Source of the DNA: a bacterium
GTDB taxonomy: Bacteria > Zhuqueibacterota > Zhuqueibacteria > Residuimicrobiales > Krinioviventaceae
Length of the DNA stretch: 64,000 nucleotides
Direction of reading: 5' to 3'
Assembly (NCBI GenBank): GCA_963674595.2
Contig: CAXXFV010000027.1
Location: 1-64,000 of the forward strand
Shown: positions 39,157 to 49,735 of the stretch, one piece after another
How positions within the stretch are numbered: the stretch's first letter is position 1
How the letters are laid out: every line of letters starts with the position of its first letter
Made by a program: the position numbers and the translations under genes
Notes under the pieces: generated by a model
Told to the model about the DNA's origin: nothing
The model's input: only the letters and a program-made list of their open reading frames with translations
The model's database searches: none

Positions 39157-39762
39157 ATGAAAAAAACGAGCCTTTTATTTTGTATTCTATTTTTATCCTT
39201 TTTTGCCAACTGTTATCGCGGTAGTTCTTCTGAAAAACCGCCTGTTCATATAGTGCCTGATATGGACAATCAACCTAAATACAAAGCACAATCCGAATCC
39301 AAATTTTTCGATGATCAATCGACCATGAGGTTACCTGTGCCCGGAACAGTGGCTCAAAATGCTTTCCCAATAGATATTGTATACTCGACAGGAAGAAATG
39401 ACGATTCAAGTTATATTACCATAATTCCTGAAAAATTAACTGCATCTGTTCTAAAACGGGGTAAAGAACGATTTAATATCTTTTGTTCACCCTGTCATAG
39501 CCAGACAGGAGATGGACAGGGAGTCGTTGTGAATCGTGGTTACATTCCGCCACCGTCATTTCACACCGATTATTTGATAAACATCCCGGATGGATATATT
39601 TTTAATGTGATTACCAATGGAATTCGAAATATGCCTTCCTATGCACATCAAATCCCTGTAAAAGACAGATGGGCGATTGTGGGTTATGTTCGTGCTCTTC
39701 AAATATCCCAGAGCGCAAAAATAAATGATTTTCCTGCTGAATTATTATCAGAAATTAAATGA
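39157..39762 (+). CDS. actE: Alternative complex III monoheme lipoprotein ActE
   Basis: Lipoprotein-like signal (FANC), DMDNQPKYKAQ, CSPCH, MPSYAHQI. Confidence 0.88.
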   Translation: MKKTSLLFCILFLSFFANCYRGSSSEKPPVHIVPDMDNQPKYKAQSESKFFDDQSTMRLPVPGTVAQNAFPIDIVYSTGRNDDSSYITIIPEKLTASVLKRGKERFNIFCSPCHSQTGDGQGVVVNRGYIPPPSFHTDYLINIPDGYIFNVITNGIRNMPSYAHQIPVKDRWAIVGYVRALQISQSAKINDFPAELLSEIK

Positions 39763-39772
39763 GATACCGCTT

Positions 39773-40945
39773 ATGCAAGATTCATTTTATTTTAAAGTCA
39801 ATAGTCGTAATCGTAACATATTTTTAATAATCGGTTCAATCGGACTGATCATTTCATTTATAGGCGCATTTTTAAAACCTGATTTGTTTTATAGCTCTTA
39901 TCTGGTCTCTTTTGTCTTTTGGCTTTCAATTGCCCTGGGAAGTTTGTTTTTACTTGTGTTACATTATTTAACCGGGGCTGTTTGGAGTGTGGTGCTGCGC
40001 CGGTTATTTGAGCATTTGACATCTGTTATTCCGTTATTCCTGATTTTGTTTATACCGGTTATCTTTGGGATTCATCATTTGTTTGAATGGAGCCATACAG
40101 AAATTGTTAAAAACGATGCCCTGCTTACTCATAAATCCGCTTTTTTAAACACACCTTTTTTTATTATTCGCTCTCTTGTTTATTTTGTGATCTGGTCATT
40201 TACAGCATTATTCTTTTTTAAATTATCTCTTAAACAAGACCAAACAGGTGACAGTTCAATATTAACAACGTTAAGACGAACCAGTCCGCCGGCTATTATC
40301 TTGTTTGCGCTTACGTTAACTTTTGCGTCGTTTGATTGGTTAATGTCTCTTGAAGCACACTGGTATTCCACTATTTTTGGTGTTTACATCTTTAGTGGTG
40401 CAACCGTAGGAGCTCTGGCAGGCATGATTATATTAGTTTTGTTTCTGCACAAAAATAACATGCTTAAAAATACCATTACTGTTGAACATTATCATGATCT
40501 TGGTAAATTGTTATTCACTTTTACGGTATTTTGGGCTTATATGGCTTTTTCGCAATACTTTTTAATTTGGTATGCCAACATCCCGGAGGAAACGATTTGG
40601 TATCAACACCGCTGGATAGGCTCATGGAAAATTATTAGTTTATTATTGGTTTTCGGACATTTTGTAGTGCCTTTTTTCACACTGCTGATCAGAGCAATGA
40701 AAAGAAGTGCCGGTTTTATTCTGTTTATATCATTATGGATGCTTTTTATGCACTGGATTGATATTTACTGGATTATTATGCCGACTTTTAGTCATCATGG
40801 TTTTCATTTAACACTTTTCGATTTGAGCTGTTTTATAGGAATCGGTGGATTGGGTATTTGGTTTATTTTATCTCAAATCGGCAGATATCCGCTTGTGCCG
40901 ACTAAAGACCCAAATCTTGAAAAATCAATCCTGAAAAAGAATTAG
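39773..40945 (+). CDS. actF: Alternative complex III membrane subunit ActF
   Basis: DWLMSLEAHWYSTIFG, HDLGK, SQYFLIWYANIPEE; ~10 TM helices. Confidence 0.9.
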   Translation: MQDSFYFKVNSRNRNIFLIIGSIGLIISFIGAFLKPDLFYSSYLVSFVFWLSIALGSLFLLVLHYLTGAVWSVVLRRLFEHLTSVIPLFLILFIPVIFGIHHLFEWSHTEIVKNDALLTHKSAFLNTPFFIIRSLVYFVIWSFTALFFFKLSLKQDQTGDSSILTTLRRTSPPAIILFALTLTFASFDWLMSLEAHWYSTIFGVYIFSGATVGALAGMIILVLFLHKNNMLKNTITVEHYHDLGKLLFTFTVFWAYMAFSQYFLIWYANIPEETIWYQHRWIGSWKIISLLLVFGHFVVPFFTLLIRAMKRSAGFILFISLWMLFMHWIDIYWIIMPTFSHHGFHLTLFDLSCFIGIGGLGIWFILSQIGRYPLVPTKDPNLEKSILKKN

Positions 40946-41289
40946 TAAATTTACTAAAGTCCGTTAACGTTAATTCTGGTTAGTACTATCGGGGGTTTTT
41001 ACACAATATCACAATGTTTTAAAACACAGCACATCAATTTTGAATGAATCAATGACAATTCAAACAATTTCAATTTTTTATTACATAAATATTGGGACAA
41101 CAAACAGGTAATATTAAAAAAATCAGATAAAGCAATTATATTGATAACACAATATTTACCTTATCACACTTTTATAAAGATACTCCTTTGAATAATTTTT
41201 TAAAATTTATGGCATAATTGTCAGCGTTTTTGGTGTTTTCAAGTATGTATGGAAGAGGGGAATTTTATAATTTTTGAAGGAGAATAATT

Positions 41290-41940
41290 TTGAAAATATT
41301 ATATTTATATTTAGGATTTTTCGCACTTTGTGCCGGTATGGCGTTTTCCCAGGACCTTAAAGAGCCGGTTTTAACGGCTTATGTTGAACCGGATTCCGGT
41401 AAAACAAGTATTCGGGTTTCTGACGTTCAATTAAGTTTTAAATTTGCCGGATATGGGGTTTATAATCCTGAAGATTATCCTGTTATGAACAAAATTCCGC
41501 TTGAAAACGGCATGACAATAAAGCTGAACCAGATAGCAGAAATGCAATTCAGAGCGGAACGCGTCTCCTGGAAAAAGTTTATTCCCCAAAAGGAACGGCA
41601 TCAGTATAAAGATGTTGATGAAGAGGGATATCGTCGTTGGTCTGCAGTAGAAGTAAATGCAAAAATTAAAGATTGGGATGGTAAAAGTTTCAACTCGCGC
41701 ATCCTCAGACCGGAATTTGCTGATATATACCTGACAGGACAAACAAATAACGGAGTTTATAATCTGCAAATAGACCAGGAAAATGATAAAGTAATTCATG
41801 TTGTTTTTGAAGCTGAATTTGTCATGCAATGTGAAAAGGATCATCAGCACATTTTTCCAAATAAATCCTGGAAATATTGTCCCTTGTGCGGCGCTAAACT
41901 GAAAAAGCACACACGGAAAGATTATATCAAAAAAGAATAG
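41290..41940 (+). CDS. Hypothetical secreted protein with C-terminal zinc-ribbon-like motif
   Basis: Signal peptide (MKILYLYLGFFALCAGMAFSQ); CEKDHQH...CPLCG; RBS AGGAG. Confidence 0.7.
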   Translation: MKILYLYLGFFALCAGMAFSQDLKEPVLTAYVEPDSGKTSIRVSDVQLSFKFAGYGVYNPEDYPVMNKIPLENGMTIKLNQIAEMQFRAERVSWKKFIPQKERHQYKDVDEEGYRRWSAVEVNAKIKDWDGKSFNSRILRPEFADIYLTGQTNNGVYNLQIDQENDKVIHVVFEAEFVMQCEKDHQHIFPNKSWKYCPLCGAKLKKHTRKDYIKKE

Positions 41941-42043
41941 CTTTTTTCTTTGAGCAAGATTCTTGGATTTTACATTTTTTTTTCTTATCATGTCAGTATT
42001 AAACTCTGAAAACGCACTAAATCTTTTTATTTAAAAGTGATAT

Positions 42044-42568
42044 ATGGGCCAAATTCATTACGCAACAAAAGTCAGACTAATTTCCGCATTCTGTTATAAT
42101 GATAAAAAATTAATGCAGCAGGCCGTACAAAAATTTTGTGACAGTGTCGGAGATATTGATTCTACGAGTCAGGTATTTGAATTTGATCATACACCATATT
42201 ATCAAAAAGAAATGGGAAAAGATTTAAATAAAGTTTACATGTCCTTTAAAAATCTGATTAATCCGGAAGAAATAATAGAAATTAAACATTTATCAAATTC
42301 CATAGAAGACCAGCTTAGTTCAAATGGTCAACGCAATGTGAATGTAGATCCGGGATATATTGAAATCCCGAAACTGGTTTTAGCAACGACAAAAAACTAT
42401 GGACACCGCATATATCTCGGGAAAGGTATATACGGTGATGTGCAGCTTTTCTGGAGAGGCGGGGCATTTCAAACCAATCCGTGGACTTATCCGGATTATA
42501 AAGAAATAAAAAGTATTGATTTTTTTACAGATATAAGAAAAAAATTATTAGAAAGAGGAGAAAAATAA
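42044..42568 (+). CDS. DUF4416-family protein
   Basis: FDHTPYYQKEMG, RNVNVDPGY, LATTKNYGHRIYL, PWTYPDY. Confidence 0.75.
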   Translation: MGQIHYATKVRLISAFCYNDKKLMQQAVQKFCDSVGDIDSTSQVFEFDHTPYYQKEMGKDLNKVYMSFKNLINPEEIIEIKHLSNSIEDQLSSNGQRNVNVDPGYIEIPKLVLATTKNYGHRIYLGKGIYGDVQLFWRGGAFQTNPWTYPDYKEIKSIDFFTDIRKKLLERGEK

Positions 42569-43576
42569 TTGTCAGTAACATATAAAGACGCAGGCGTAAA
42601 CCTTGAAGCCGCCGAAGCTTCAACAAAATCCATATCTGCACTTGCAAAATCAACATTTAATTCAAATGTTCTTAAAAATATCGGGTTGTTTTCCGGTTTT
42701 TTCGAACTGGACTTGAAAAAATACTCTCATCCTGTTATTGTATCCAGTGTAGATGGTGTCGGCACAAAACTAAAAATTGCCTTTATGATGGGCAAACATG
42801 ACACTGTAGGTCATGACCTTGTAAATCATTGTGTTAACGATATTATGACATCCGGTGCTGATCCTTTATTTTTTCTTGATTATATTGGTACCTTAAATTT
42901 AACGCCTGAAAACGCCACTCAAATTGTTAAAGGGATGGCTGAAGGATGTAAAGAAAACGGATGTGCATTGATTGGCGGAGAAACCGCAGAAATGCCCGGC
43001 TTTTATCAGGCGGGTGAATATGATCTTGTCGGCTCTATTGTCGGTGCTGTTAATCGTCAGGACATCATTGACGGTTCTACGATAAAAGCAGGGGACGTTT
43101 TACTGGGCCTCCCATCTAACGGCTTGCATACCAACGGATATTCGCTTGCACGTAAAGTAATACTTGATATGGGCTCCATTGATGTTAAAGAATTTGATAA
43201 TGAATTGGGTGATTCATGGGGCAATATGCTTTTAAAAGTCCATAAAAGTTATGCACAACCCATTAAAGCTGTCAGACAGCATAAAGGCCTTGCCGGTATT
43301 AGTCATATAACCGGCGGCGGTATTGAAGGAAATACCAAACGACTTCTTTCTGACGATTTGGGTTTGAGTATAAATTGGGACAGTTGGACCGTGCCCAAAG
43401 AATTTCAGCTTATTCAAAAATATGCCTCCATTTCGGATGAAGAAATGAGACGGGTTTTTAATATGGGTATTGGATTAATTTTTGTTGTTCATCCGGAAAG
43501 TGTAGAGGAAATCAAGTCCCAACTTGAAGCCGTGGGTGAAAACGCGGTTGAAATGGGATCAATTATTAAAGGATAG
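42569..43576 (+). CDS. purM: Phosphoribosylformylglycinamidine cyclo-ligase (AIR synthetase)
   Basis: YKDAGV, DGVGTK, GGETAEMPG, SNGLHTNGYSL, HITGGG, FNMGIG. Confidence 0.95.
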   Translation: MSVTYKDAGVNLEAAEASTKSISALAKSTFNSNVLKNIGLFSGFFELDLKKYSHPVIVSSVDGVGTKLKIAFMMGKHDTVGHDLVNHCVNDIMTSGADPLFFLDYIGTLNLTPENATQIVKGMAEGCKENGCALIGGETAEMPGFYQAGEYDLVGSIVGAVNRQDIIDGSTIKAGDVLLGLPSNGLHTNGYSLARKVILDMGSIDVKEFDNELGDSWGNMLLKVHKSYAQPIKAVRQHKGLAGISHITGGGIEGNTKRLLSDDLGLSINWDSWTVPKEFQLIQKYASISDEEMRRVFNMGIGLIFVVHPESVEEIKSQLEAVGENAVEMGSIIKG

Positions 43577-43580
43577 TTTT

Positions 43581-44600
43581 TTGTTTGAAAAGTTTAAAAT
43601 ATCAGTTATTGGTGCAGGAAGCTGGGGAATGGCATTGGCGAATCATGCCGCCGGTCTGGGACATGATATCGTTTTATGGGAATTCAACCCTGATGATGCT
43701 TTAAAATTATCGTCTACACGTAAACGAGAAAGCGTTTTAAAAAATGTCATTCTCAACGAACATATACATGTTACTTCAAATCTGGATAAAGCTGTTAAAG
43801 ACGCACATATCATACTTTTGGTTATACCGTCACATGTTTTTCGAAATGTTGTAAAACAAATCGCCCAATGCGACATATTACCGGAATCATTTATCGTAAG
43901 TTGTACTAAAGGTATAGAAAATGATTCTTTGATGAGTATGTCGGAAATTATTTTTCAGGAAATGCCGGGTATTGATCCTGACCATGTCCTTGTATTATCG
44001 GGCCCAAGTCATGCCGAAGAAGTCAGCAGAGGTGTACCGACAGCGGTTGTGGTTGCATCCAAACACGAACACATGGCCACAACCATTCAAAAAGCTTTAA
44101 GTAATGTTTCATTTAGAATTTACAGAAGTAATGATATTATTGGTGTTGAGTTAGGCGGATCGCTTAAAAATGTTATTGCCATAGCCGCCGGTATTTGTGA
44201 CGGTGCCGGTTTTGGTGATAACACCAAAGCCGCTTTACAACCTCGCGGTCTTGCCGAAATTATACGTTTGGGAAGAAAGCTTGGTGCGGCACCAATTACT
44301 TTTTCAGGATTGTCAGGTATGGGTGATTTGATAGTTACCTGTATGAGCATGCACAGTCGAAATCGATACGTTGGCGAACAAATTGGCAAAGGAAACACCC
44401 TGGAATCGGTTTTAGCCAACATGACCATGGTTGCCGAAGGAATTCGTACCTGTAAATCAACCTATGATCTTGCTCAAAAATACAATGTTGAAATGCCGAT
44501 TTGTTCAGAAGTTTATGGAATTCTTTTTGAAAACAAGGAACCCATACACGCTATGACAGACCTGATGAATCGGGACGTAAAACCTGAAATATGGTATTAA
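43581..44600 (+). CDS. gpsA: NAD(P)H-dependent glycerol-3-phosphate dehydrogenase
   Basis: GAGSWG, KGIE, SGPSHAEEV, LKNVIAI, GMGDLIVTC, SRN. Confidence 0.94.
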   Translation: MFEKFKISVIGAGSWGMALANHAAGLGHDIVLWEFNPDDALKLSSTRKRESVLKNVILNEHIHVTSNLDKAVKDAHIILLVIPSHVFRNVVKQIAQCDILPESFIVSCTKGIENDSLMSMSEIIFQEMPGIDPDHVLVLSGPSHAEEVSRGVPTAVVVASKHEHMATTIQKALSNVSFRIYRSNDIIGVELGGSLKNVIAIAAGICDGAGFGDNTKAALQPRGLAEIIRLGRKLGAAPITFSGLSGMGDLIVTCMSMHSRNRYVGEQIGKGNTLESVLANMTMVAEGIRTCKSTYDLAQKYNVEMPICSEVYGILFENKEPIHAMTDLMNRDVKPEIWY

Positions 44601-44643
44601 ATAATGTTTTTTTCTCTTTGAAATTTTAACTCGGGAGAACAAG

Positions 44644-45480
44644 ATGTTTAAAAATATTATGCTCGCTGTGGATGGTTCACAACATACGGATTCGGTTATC
44701 AAAACCGGAATTGCAATGGCTAAAGCTTTTCATAGCAAGATTCATGTTATCTCCGTTGCCGATATTCGCATATTTGAATGGGCAACAGCCGTAGGTGCCG
44801 ATGGATTTGTGCCCATTGTTCCATCCGGTATTTATCAGGAAGAATCAAAAAAACTTTTGGTTGAAAAGTGTGATAAAGTTTTACAAAAATGTGCAGAAAT
44901 GCTGCAACATGAAAATATTGATTTTATAACCGAAAAGATAATCGGGTCACCGGTCGATTCCATTACCGAAAAGGCACAATTAACGGATTTGCTTATTCTA
45001 GGCAAGCACGGAGAATTTGCCAGATGGGATAAAAAATCATTAGGCGCAACCGTTGAAGCTGTAACAAGAAATATTCGAAAACCTGTCATTGTTGTTCAAC
45101 AAAAAATGCAGCCTGTAAAAAAAATTCTTGTCTGTTATGATGGCAGTTCTCATGCCAACCAGATGCTTCAATATGCAGGACATCTGGCTGAAACGTTGAT
45201 GGCTGTTATTGATATTTTGTGTGTTACAAATAATAAACAACTGGGTGAACATACCTGTACGGAAGCAAAGGTCTACCTGGATAATTATAAGATAAAATGC
45301 AATACCCATGTTATTCCCGGAAATACTGAAAAAGAAATTTTAAAATTTGCTAATGAAAATGATTCCGACATAATAACCCTTGGTTCCTATGGAAAATCCC
45401 GAATACGCGAAGCATTGCTTGGTAGTACAACAGAACATATTTTACGCTTTTCACCATGTCAAGTTTTATTAGGAAAATAA
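44644..45480 (+). CDS. Tandem universal stress protein
   Basis: IMLAVDGS and ILVCYDGS; [17 protein letters not shown]. Confidence 0.88.
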   Translation: MFKNIMLAVDGSQHTDSVIKTGIAMAKAFHSKIHVISVADIRIFEWATAVGADGFVPIVPSGIYQEESKKLLVEKCDKVLQKCAEMLQHENIDFITEKIIGSPVDSITEKAQLTDLLILGKHGEFARWDKKSLGATVEAVTRNIRKPVIVVQQKMQPVKKILVCYDGSSHANQMLQYAGHLAETLMAVIDILCVTNNKQLGEHTCTEAKVYLDNYKIKCNTHVIPGNTEKEILKFANENDSDIITLGSYGKSRIREALLGSTTEHILRFSPCQVLLGK

Positions 45481-45502
45481 ATTCAATAGAAAGGTAAATG
45501 TA

Positions 45503-46798
45503 ATGGCTACAAAATGTTATATTGAATCGGCTGCTGAATATATGGATCAGGAAGTTCAGATATCCGGGTGGCTATATAATAAAACCCATAAAGGAAAATT
45601 AAATTTTTTAATGGTGCGGGACGGAACGAGCACAATTCAGGCTGTTATTTTTAAAAAAGCAGTTTCGGAAGAGGTTTGGGATGCTTGTTTAAACCTGCCC
45701 CAGGAGAGCTCTCTTGAAATTATCGGAACTGTTTCCAAAGATGAACGTGCAAAAGGCGGCTGCGAAATTCAGGTTTCGGATGTTAACGTTATACAGACTG
45801 CTGAAGAATACCCGATTACGCCGAAAGAACATGGCACTGATTTCCTTATGGACCATCGTCATTTGTGGCTGCGTTCATCAAAACAACATGCTATTATGCG
45901 CGTCCGTCATGAAATTATCAAAGCCTGCCGTGATTTTTTTGACAGTAATGGCTTTACATTAATTGACGCACCTATTTTTACTCCTGCCGCATGTGAAGGA
46001 ACAACCAACCTTTTTGAAACAGAATATTTTGACAGAAAAGCATATCTCACCCAAAGCGGACAGCTTTATATGGAAGCCGGAGCAATGGCTTTTGGCAAAG
46101 TTTACTGTTTTGGCCCCACTTTCCGTGCAGAAAAATCCAAAACACGAAGACATTTAACCGAATTTTGGATGATTGAACCGGAAATTGCCTATTGTGATTT
46201 AAACGGTGTTATGGATTATGCTGAGGCATTTATTGAATTTATTGTTCAACGCGTATTGGAAAACAAAAAAGATGAGCTGGAAATTTTAGAACGTGATATT
46301 TCCAAACTCGAAAGTGTTGTCCGGCCTTTTCCGCGTATTGATTATGATGAAGCCGCTAAAATACTTAAAGATGCGAATGCCGAGTTTACCTATGGTGATG
46401 ATTTCGGCGGCACCGATGAAACTATTATTGCCAATGCATTTGACAGACCTGTTATGGTTACGCATTATCCGGCGGCTGTAAAAGCTTTTTATATGAAAAA
46501 AGATAAAGACAGACCGGACCGTGCCCTTGGTGTTGATGTGCTGGCCCCTGAAGGTTTTGGAGAAATTATCGGAGGTGGTCAACGTGAAGATAACCTTGAT
46601 ATTCTCCTGGAAGGTATTAGAACCCACAATCTGCCGGAAGAAGCATTTAAATGGTATACAGACTTGAGAAGATATGGCAGTGTGCCTCACGGTGGTTTCG
46701 GATTGGGTATTGAACGTACGGTTGCATGGATTTGCGGGCGTAGTCATATTCGCGAGACGATTCCGTTCCCGCGTACACTATACAGGTTGTATCCATAA
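45503..46798 (+). CDS. asnS: Asparagine--tRNA ligase
   Basis: OB-fold N-terminus, [42 protein letters not shown]. Confidence 0.93.
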   Translation: MATKCYIESAAEYMDQEVQISGWLYNKTHKGKLNFLMVRDGTSTIQAVIFKKAVSEEVWDACLNLPQESSLEIIGTVSKDERAKGGCEIQVSDVNVIQTAEEYPITPKEHGTDFLMDHRHLWLRSSKQHAIMRVRHEIIKACRDFFDSNGFTLIDAPIFTPAACEGTTNLFETEYFDRKAYLTQSGQLYMEAGAMAFGKVYCFGPTFRAEKSKTRRHLTEFWMIEPEIAYCDLNGVMDYAEAFIEFIVQRVLENKKDELEILERDISKLESVVRPFPRIDYDEAAKILKDANAEFTYGDDFGGTDETIIANAFDRPVMVTHYPAAVKAFYMKKDKDRPDRALGVDVLAPEGFGEIIGGGQREDNLDILLEGIRTHNLPEEAFKWYTDLRRYGSVPHGGFGLGIERTVAWICGRSHIRETIPFPRTLYRLYP

Positions 46799-46819
46799 TT
46801 TTAATAAACTGTATTTAAT

Positions 46820-47095
46820 ATGACAGTATGTGCTAAAATTACAGTTAAAGGTGTTGTGCAGGGTGTCGGGTTCCGATATTTTGCACAACAAAACGCCGTA
46901 AAATTTCAATTAAAGGGATATGTGAAAAATCTTTTCAACGGAGACGTTGAAACTGAAGTTGAAGGGGACAAGGGAAATATTATGGGATATTATAACACCC
47001 TTAAAATCGGGTCACGATTTTCACATGTTACTGCAATTGATATTCAATGGTACGAATATACGGCAAAATATAATTCATTCAAGGTCGTCTGTTAA
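46820..47095 (+). CDS. acyP: Acylphosphatase
   Basis: GVVQGVGFR, GYVKNL.NGDVE. Confidence 0.9.
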   Translation: MTVCAKITVKGVVQGVGFRYFAQQNAVKFQLKGYVKNLFNGDVETEVEGDKGNIMGYYNTLKIGSRFSHVTAIDIQWYEYTAKYNSFKVVC

Positions 47096-47109
47096 TAAAC
47101 GAGGTATTT

Positions 47110-47631
47110 ATGAATTTGGCAGAAACAATCAGAAATGTTCCAGATTTTCCGAAAAAAGGTATCGGATTTAAAGATATAACAACCCTTCTTGGTAATGGAG
47201 AGGCACTTTGCGAATCCATAAGACAGATGAAAAAACTTTTTGAAAATGAACATATTGATGCAGTTGTGGGGATCGAGTCAAGGGGATTTATTTTTGCTTC
47301 CATTCTGGCGCATGAGTGGCGGATTGCAATGGTCCCTGTTCGTAAACCAGGCAAATTACCGGCTGAAACAATCAGTGAATCTTATGATTTGGAATATGGA
47401 ACAGATACCATTGAAATTCACAAGGACGCTGTACAAAAGGGGCAAAAAGTACTGATTGTTGACGATTTACTGGCGACAGGCGGTACTGTGGTTGCGACAA
47501 CAAAACTCTTGCAAAGACTTGGTGCTGAAATTGTTGGCTGTTGTTTTGTAATAGAGCTTGAATTTTTAAATCCCAGAGAAAAATTAAGCCAGTTTCGCGT
47601 AGAGTCTTTGGTTAAATATCAAAGCGAATAA
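47110..47631 (+). CDS. apt: Adenine phosphoribosyltransferase
   Basis: PDFPKKGIGFKDI, ESRGF, RKPGKLP, LEYG, VDDLLATGGT. Confidence 0.95.
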   Translation: MNLAETIRNVPDFPKKGIGFKDITTLLGNGEALCESIRQMKKLFENEHIDAVVGIESRGFIFASILAHEWRIAMVPVRKPGKLPAETISESYDLEYGTDTIEIHKDAVQKGQKVLIVDDLLATGGTVVATTKLLQRLGAEIVGCCFVIELEFLNPREKLSQFRVESLVKYQSE

Positions 47632-47652
47632 TTTTTTACACCGAGTGTAATA

Positions 47653-47681
47653 TTGACTTTGTCACTCTTTTTTTATAAACT
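47653..47681 (+). promoter_or_regulatory. Candidate sigma70 promoter for buk-ptb
   Basis: TTGACT-N17-TAAACT; palindrome TTACAC-N3-GTGTAA (47636-47650) immediately upstream. Confidence 0.45.
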
Positions 47682-47727
47682 AATAACAAGATAAATGCGT
47701 AATACACTCCATTTACAGGGAAAATGG

Positions 47728-48816
47728 ATGTTTAAAATATTCGTAATTAATCCAGGTTCAACCTCAACCAAAGTCGCATATTTTGAAAATGTAACTGAAA
47801 AATATGCTGAAACATTACATCATTCTGTAGATGACCTAACCAGATTTCCGACCGTATTAAGTCAACTGGATTTTCGATTGCAAACTATTCTAACAATATC
47901 GGATAACAATGGTTTTTCATTGCCTGAAATGGACGTCTTTGTAGGGCGTGGGGGACTTTTGAAACCGATTCCAGGAGGTACATATCTTGTTGATGAAAAT
48001 ATGGTGCAAGACCTTACAATTGGTGTGCAGGGCGAACATGCATCCAATCTGGGGGGATTATTGGCAAACGATTTAGCAAAAAAATATCACAAGCCTGCTT
48101 TTATTGTTGATCCGGTCGTTGTTGATGAACTTGATGATATTGCCCGTTATTCCGGCCATCCTCTTTTACCGCGTAAAAGCATTTTTCACGCATTAAACCA
48201 CAAAGCTGTCGGGCGGAAAGTAGCTGAAAAACTGGGAAACCGTTACGACCAAATGAACCTTATTATTGTTCATTTAGGCGGAGGAATATCCGTAGCAGCA
48301 CATCATTATGGAAAAGTTATTGATGTCAATAATGCCCTGGACGGCGAAGGACCATTTACCCCGGAAAGAAGCGGTACCTTGCCTGCCGGAGATCTTTGCC
48401 GCTTGTGTTTTTCCGGCAAGTATGATAAAAAAACTGTCGGAAAAATGATTAAAGGAAACGGCGGTATTGTTTCCTATTTAGGTACAAACGATATGCGCGT
48501 TATTCAAAAAAGAATTAACGAAAAGGATTTGCAAGCTTTATTAATTTATCAGGCTATGGCATACCAGATTTCCAAAGATATATGTGCTATGTCGGCTGTT
48601 CTTAAAGGAAAGGTTGATGCAATTGCATTAACCGGAGGTATTGCAAACGACAATGACTTTGTCGAATGGATAAAAAACCGTGTTGATTTCCTGGCACCCG
48701 TTTATGTTTTTCCCGGTGAAAAAGAAATGGAAGCCCTTGCAATGGGTGCCTTAAGAATCCTTAATGGGGAAGAAACAGCAAAAAACTATTCAACAGAGGC
48801 ACACAAAAATGATTAA
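47728..48816 (+). CDS. buk: Butyrate kinase, copy 2
   Basis: INPGSTSTK, GEHASNLGG, SIFHALNHKA, HLGGGISV, GPFTPERSG. Confidence 0.93.
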   Translation: MFKIFVINPGSTSTKVAYFENVTEKYAETLHHSVDDLTRFPTVLSQLDFRLQTILTISDNNGFSLPEMDVFVGRGGLLKPIPGGTYLVDENMVQDLTIGVQGEHASNLGGLLANDLAKKYHKPAFIVDPVVVDELDDIARYSGHPLLPRKSIFHALNHKAVGRKVAEKLGNRYDQMNLIIVHLGGGISVAAHHYGKVIDVNNALDGEGPFTPERSGTLPAGDLCRLCFSGKYDKKTVGKMIKGNGGIVSYLGTNDMRVIQKRINEKDLQALLIYQAMAYQISKDICAMSAVLKGKVDAIALTGGIANDNDFVEWIKNRVDFLAPVYVFPGEKEMEALAMGALRILNGEETAKNYSTEAHKND

Positions 48817-49720
48817 AACCTTTAATGAACTTCTTGATGTTATCAAGTCCAAACCTAAAAAGACCATAGCAGTGGCTATGGCCGAAGAATACCATGTTTT
48901 ATCCGCATTATCCAATGCTTTTGATCATGGAATTGCTGATGCTGTACTGGTTGGAAATAAGAAAAAAATTTTAGAAATTAGTAAACAACACAATATAAAT
49001 ATTCAAAACTTTGATATTGTAAACACAACCAGCGAAGACCAGTCTGTTGTGCGTGCTGTACAGTTGGTCCGGGAACGGCTTGCAGATACATTAATGAAAG
49101 GTAAATGCTCTTCGGCAAATTTATTGCGTGGTGTTTTAAATAAACAAAAAGGTGTAAGAACCGACCAACTTCTTTCGCATGTTGCCGCATTTGAAATTGC
49201 AAATTACCCTAAATTATTGCTAATGTCCGATGGCGGAATGAACATTTTACCGGATCTGCAGCAAAAAGTTGGCATCATTAATAATGCTATTTTGGCTGCA
49301 AAACATTTGCAAATTGAAAACCCCAAGGTTGCTTTAATAGCTGCCATTGAAAAGGTAAATCACGGTCCTATGCCGTGTACATCCGATGCAGCAATTCTGT
49401 CTAAAATGGGCGACCGGGGACAAATACAGGGTGCTATTATTGACGGGCCATTAGCGCTGGATAATGCCATCAGTAAAAAAGCCTGTGAAGTAAAAGGAAT
49501 TAACAGTCCGATCAACGGAGAAGCGGATATTTTGATTATGCCGAATATTGAAACCGGTAATGTTTTTTACAAAGCAATTACTTATTTAGGATACGCAAAA
49601 AGTGCGGGAGTAATTTTAGGCGCCAAAGTTCCGATTATTTTAACTTCACGCGCTGATAGTGAAGAATCAAAATTTATGTCCATAGCTTTTGGAATGTTGA
49701 CAAGCGAACACCTGTCATAA
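48809..49720 (+). CDS. ptb: Phosphate butyryltransferase
   Basis: LMKG, SDGGMNILP, DGPLALDNA, PNIETGN, LTSRADS; adjacent to buk. Confidence 0.88.
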   Translation: MIKTFNELLDVIKSKPKKTIAVAMAEEYHVLSALSNAFDHGIADAVLVGNKKKILEISKQHNINIQNFDIVNTTSEDQSVVRAVQLVRERLADTLMKGKCSSANLLRGVLNKQKGVRTDQLLSHVAAFEIANYPKLLLMSDGGMNILPDLQQKVGIINNAILAAKHLQIENPKVALIAAIEKVNHGPMPCTSDAAILSKMGDRGQIQGAIIDGPLALDNAISKKACEVKGINSPINGEADILIMPNIETGNVFYKAITYLGYAKSAGVILGAKVPIILTSRADSEESKFMSIAFGMLTSEHLS

Positions 49721-49735
49721 TCATAAGTTAATGAT

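Noticed and set aside
41210-41225. TGGCATAATTGTCAGC as a possible sigma54 promoter
   Set aside because: The -12 element is out of register with the strict -24/-12 spacing.
41431-41991. 186-aa minus-strand ORF
   Set aside because: Antisense to the 41290-41940 gene, which has an RBS and signal peptide; its Phe/Ile-rich composition is typical of an AT-rich shadow frame.
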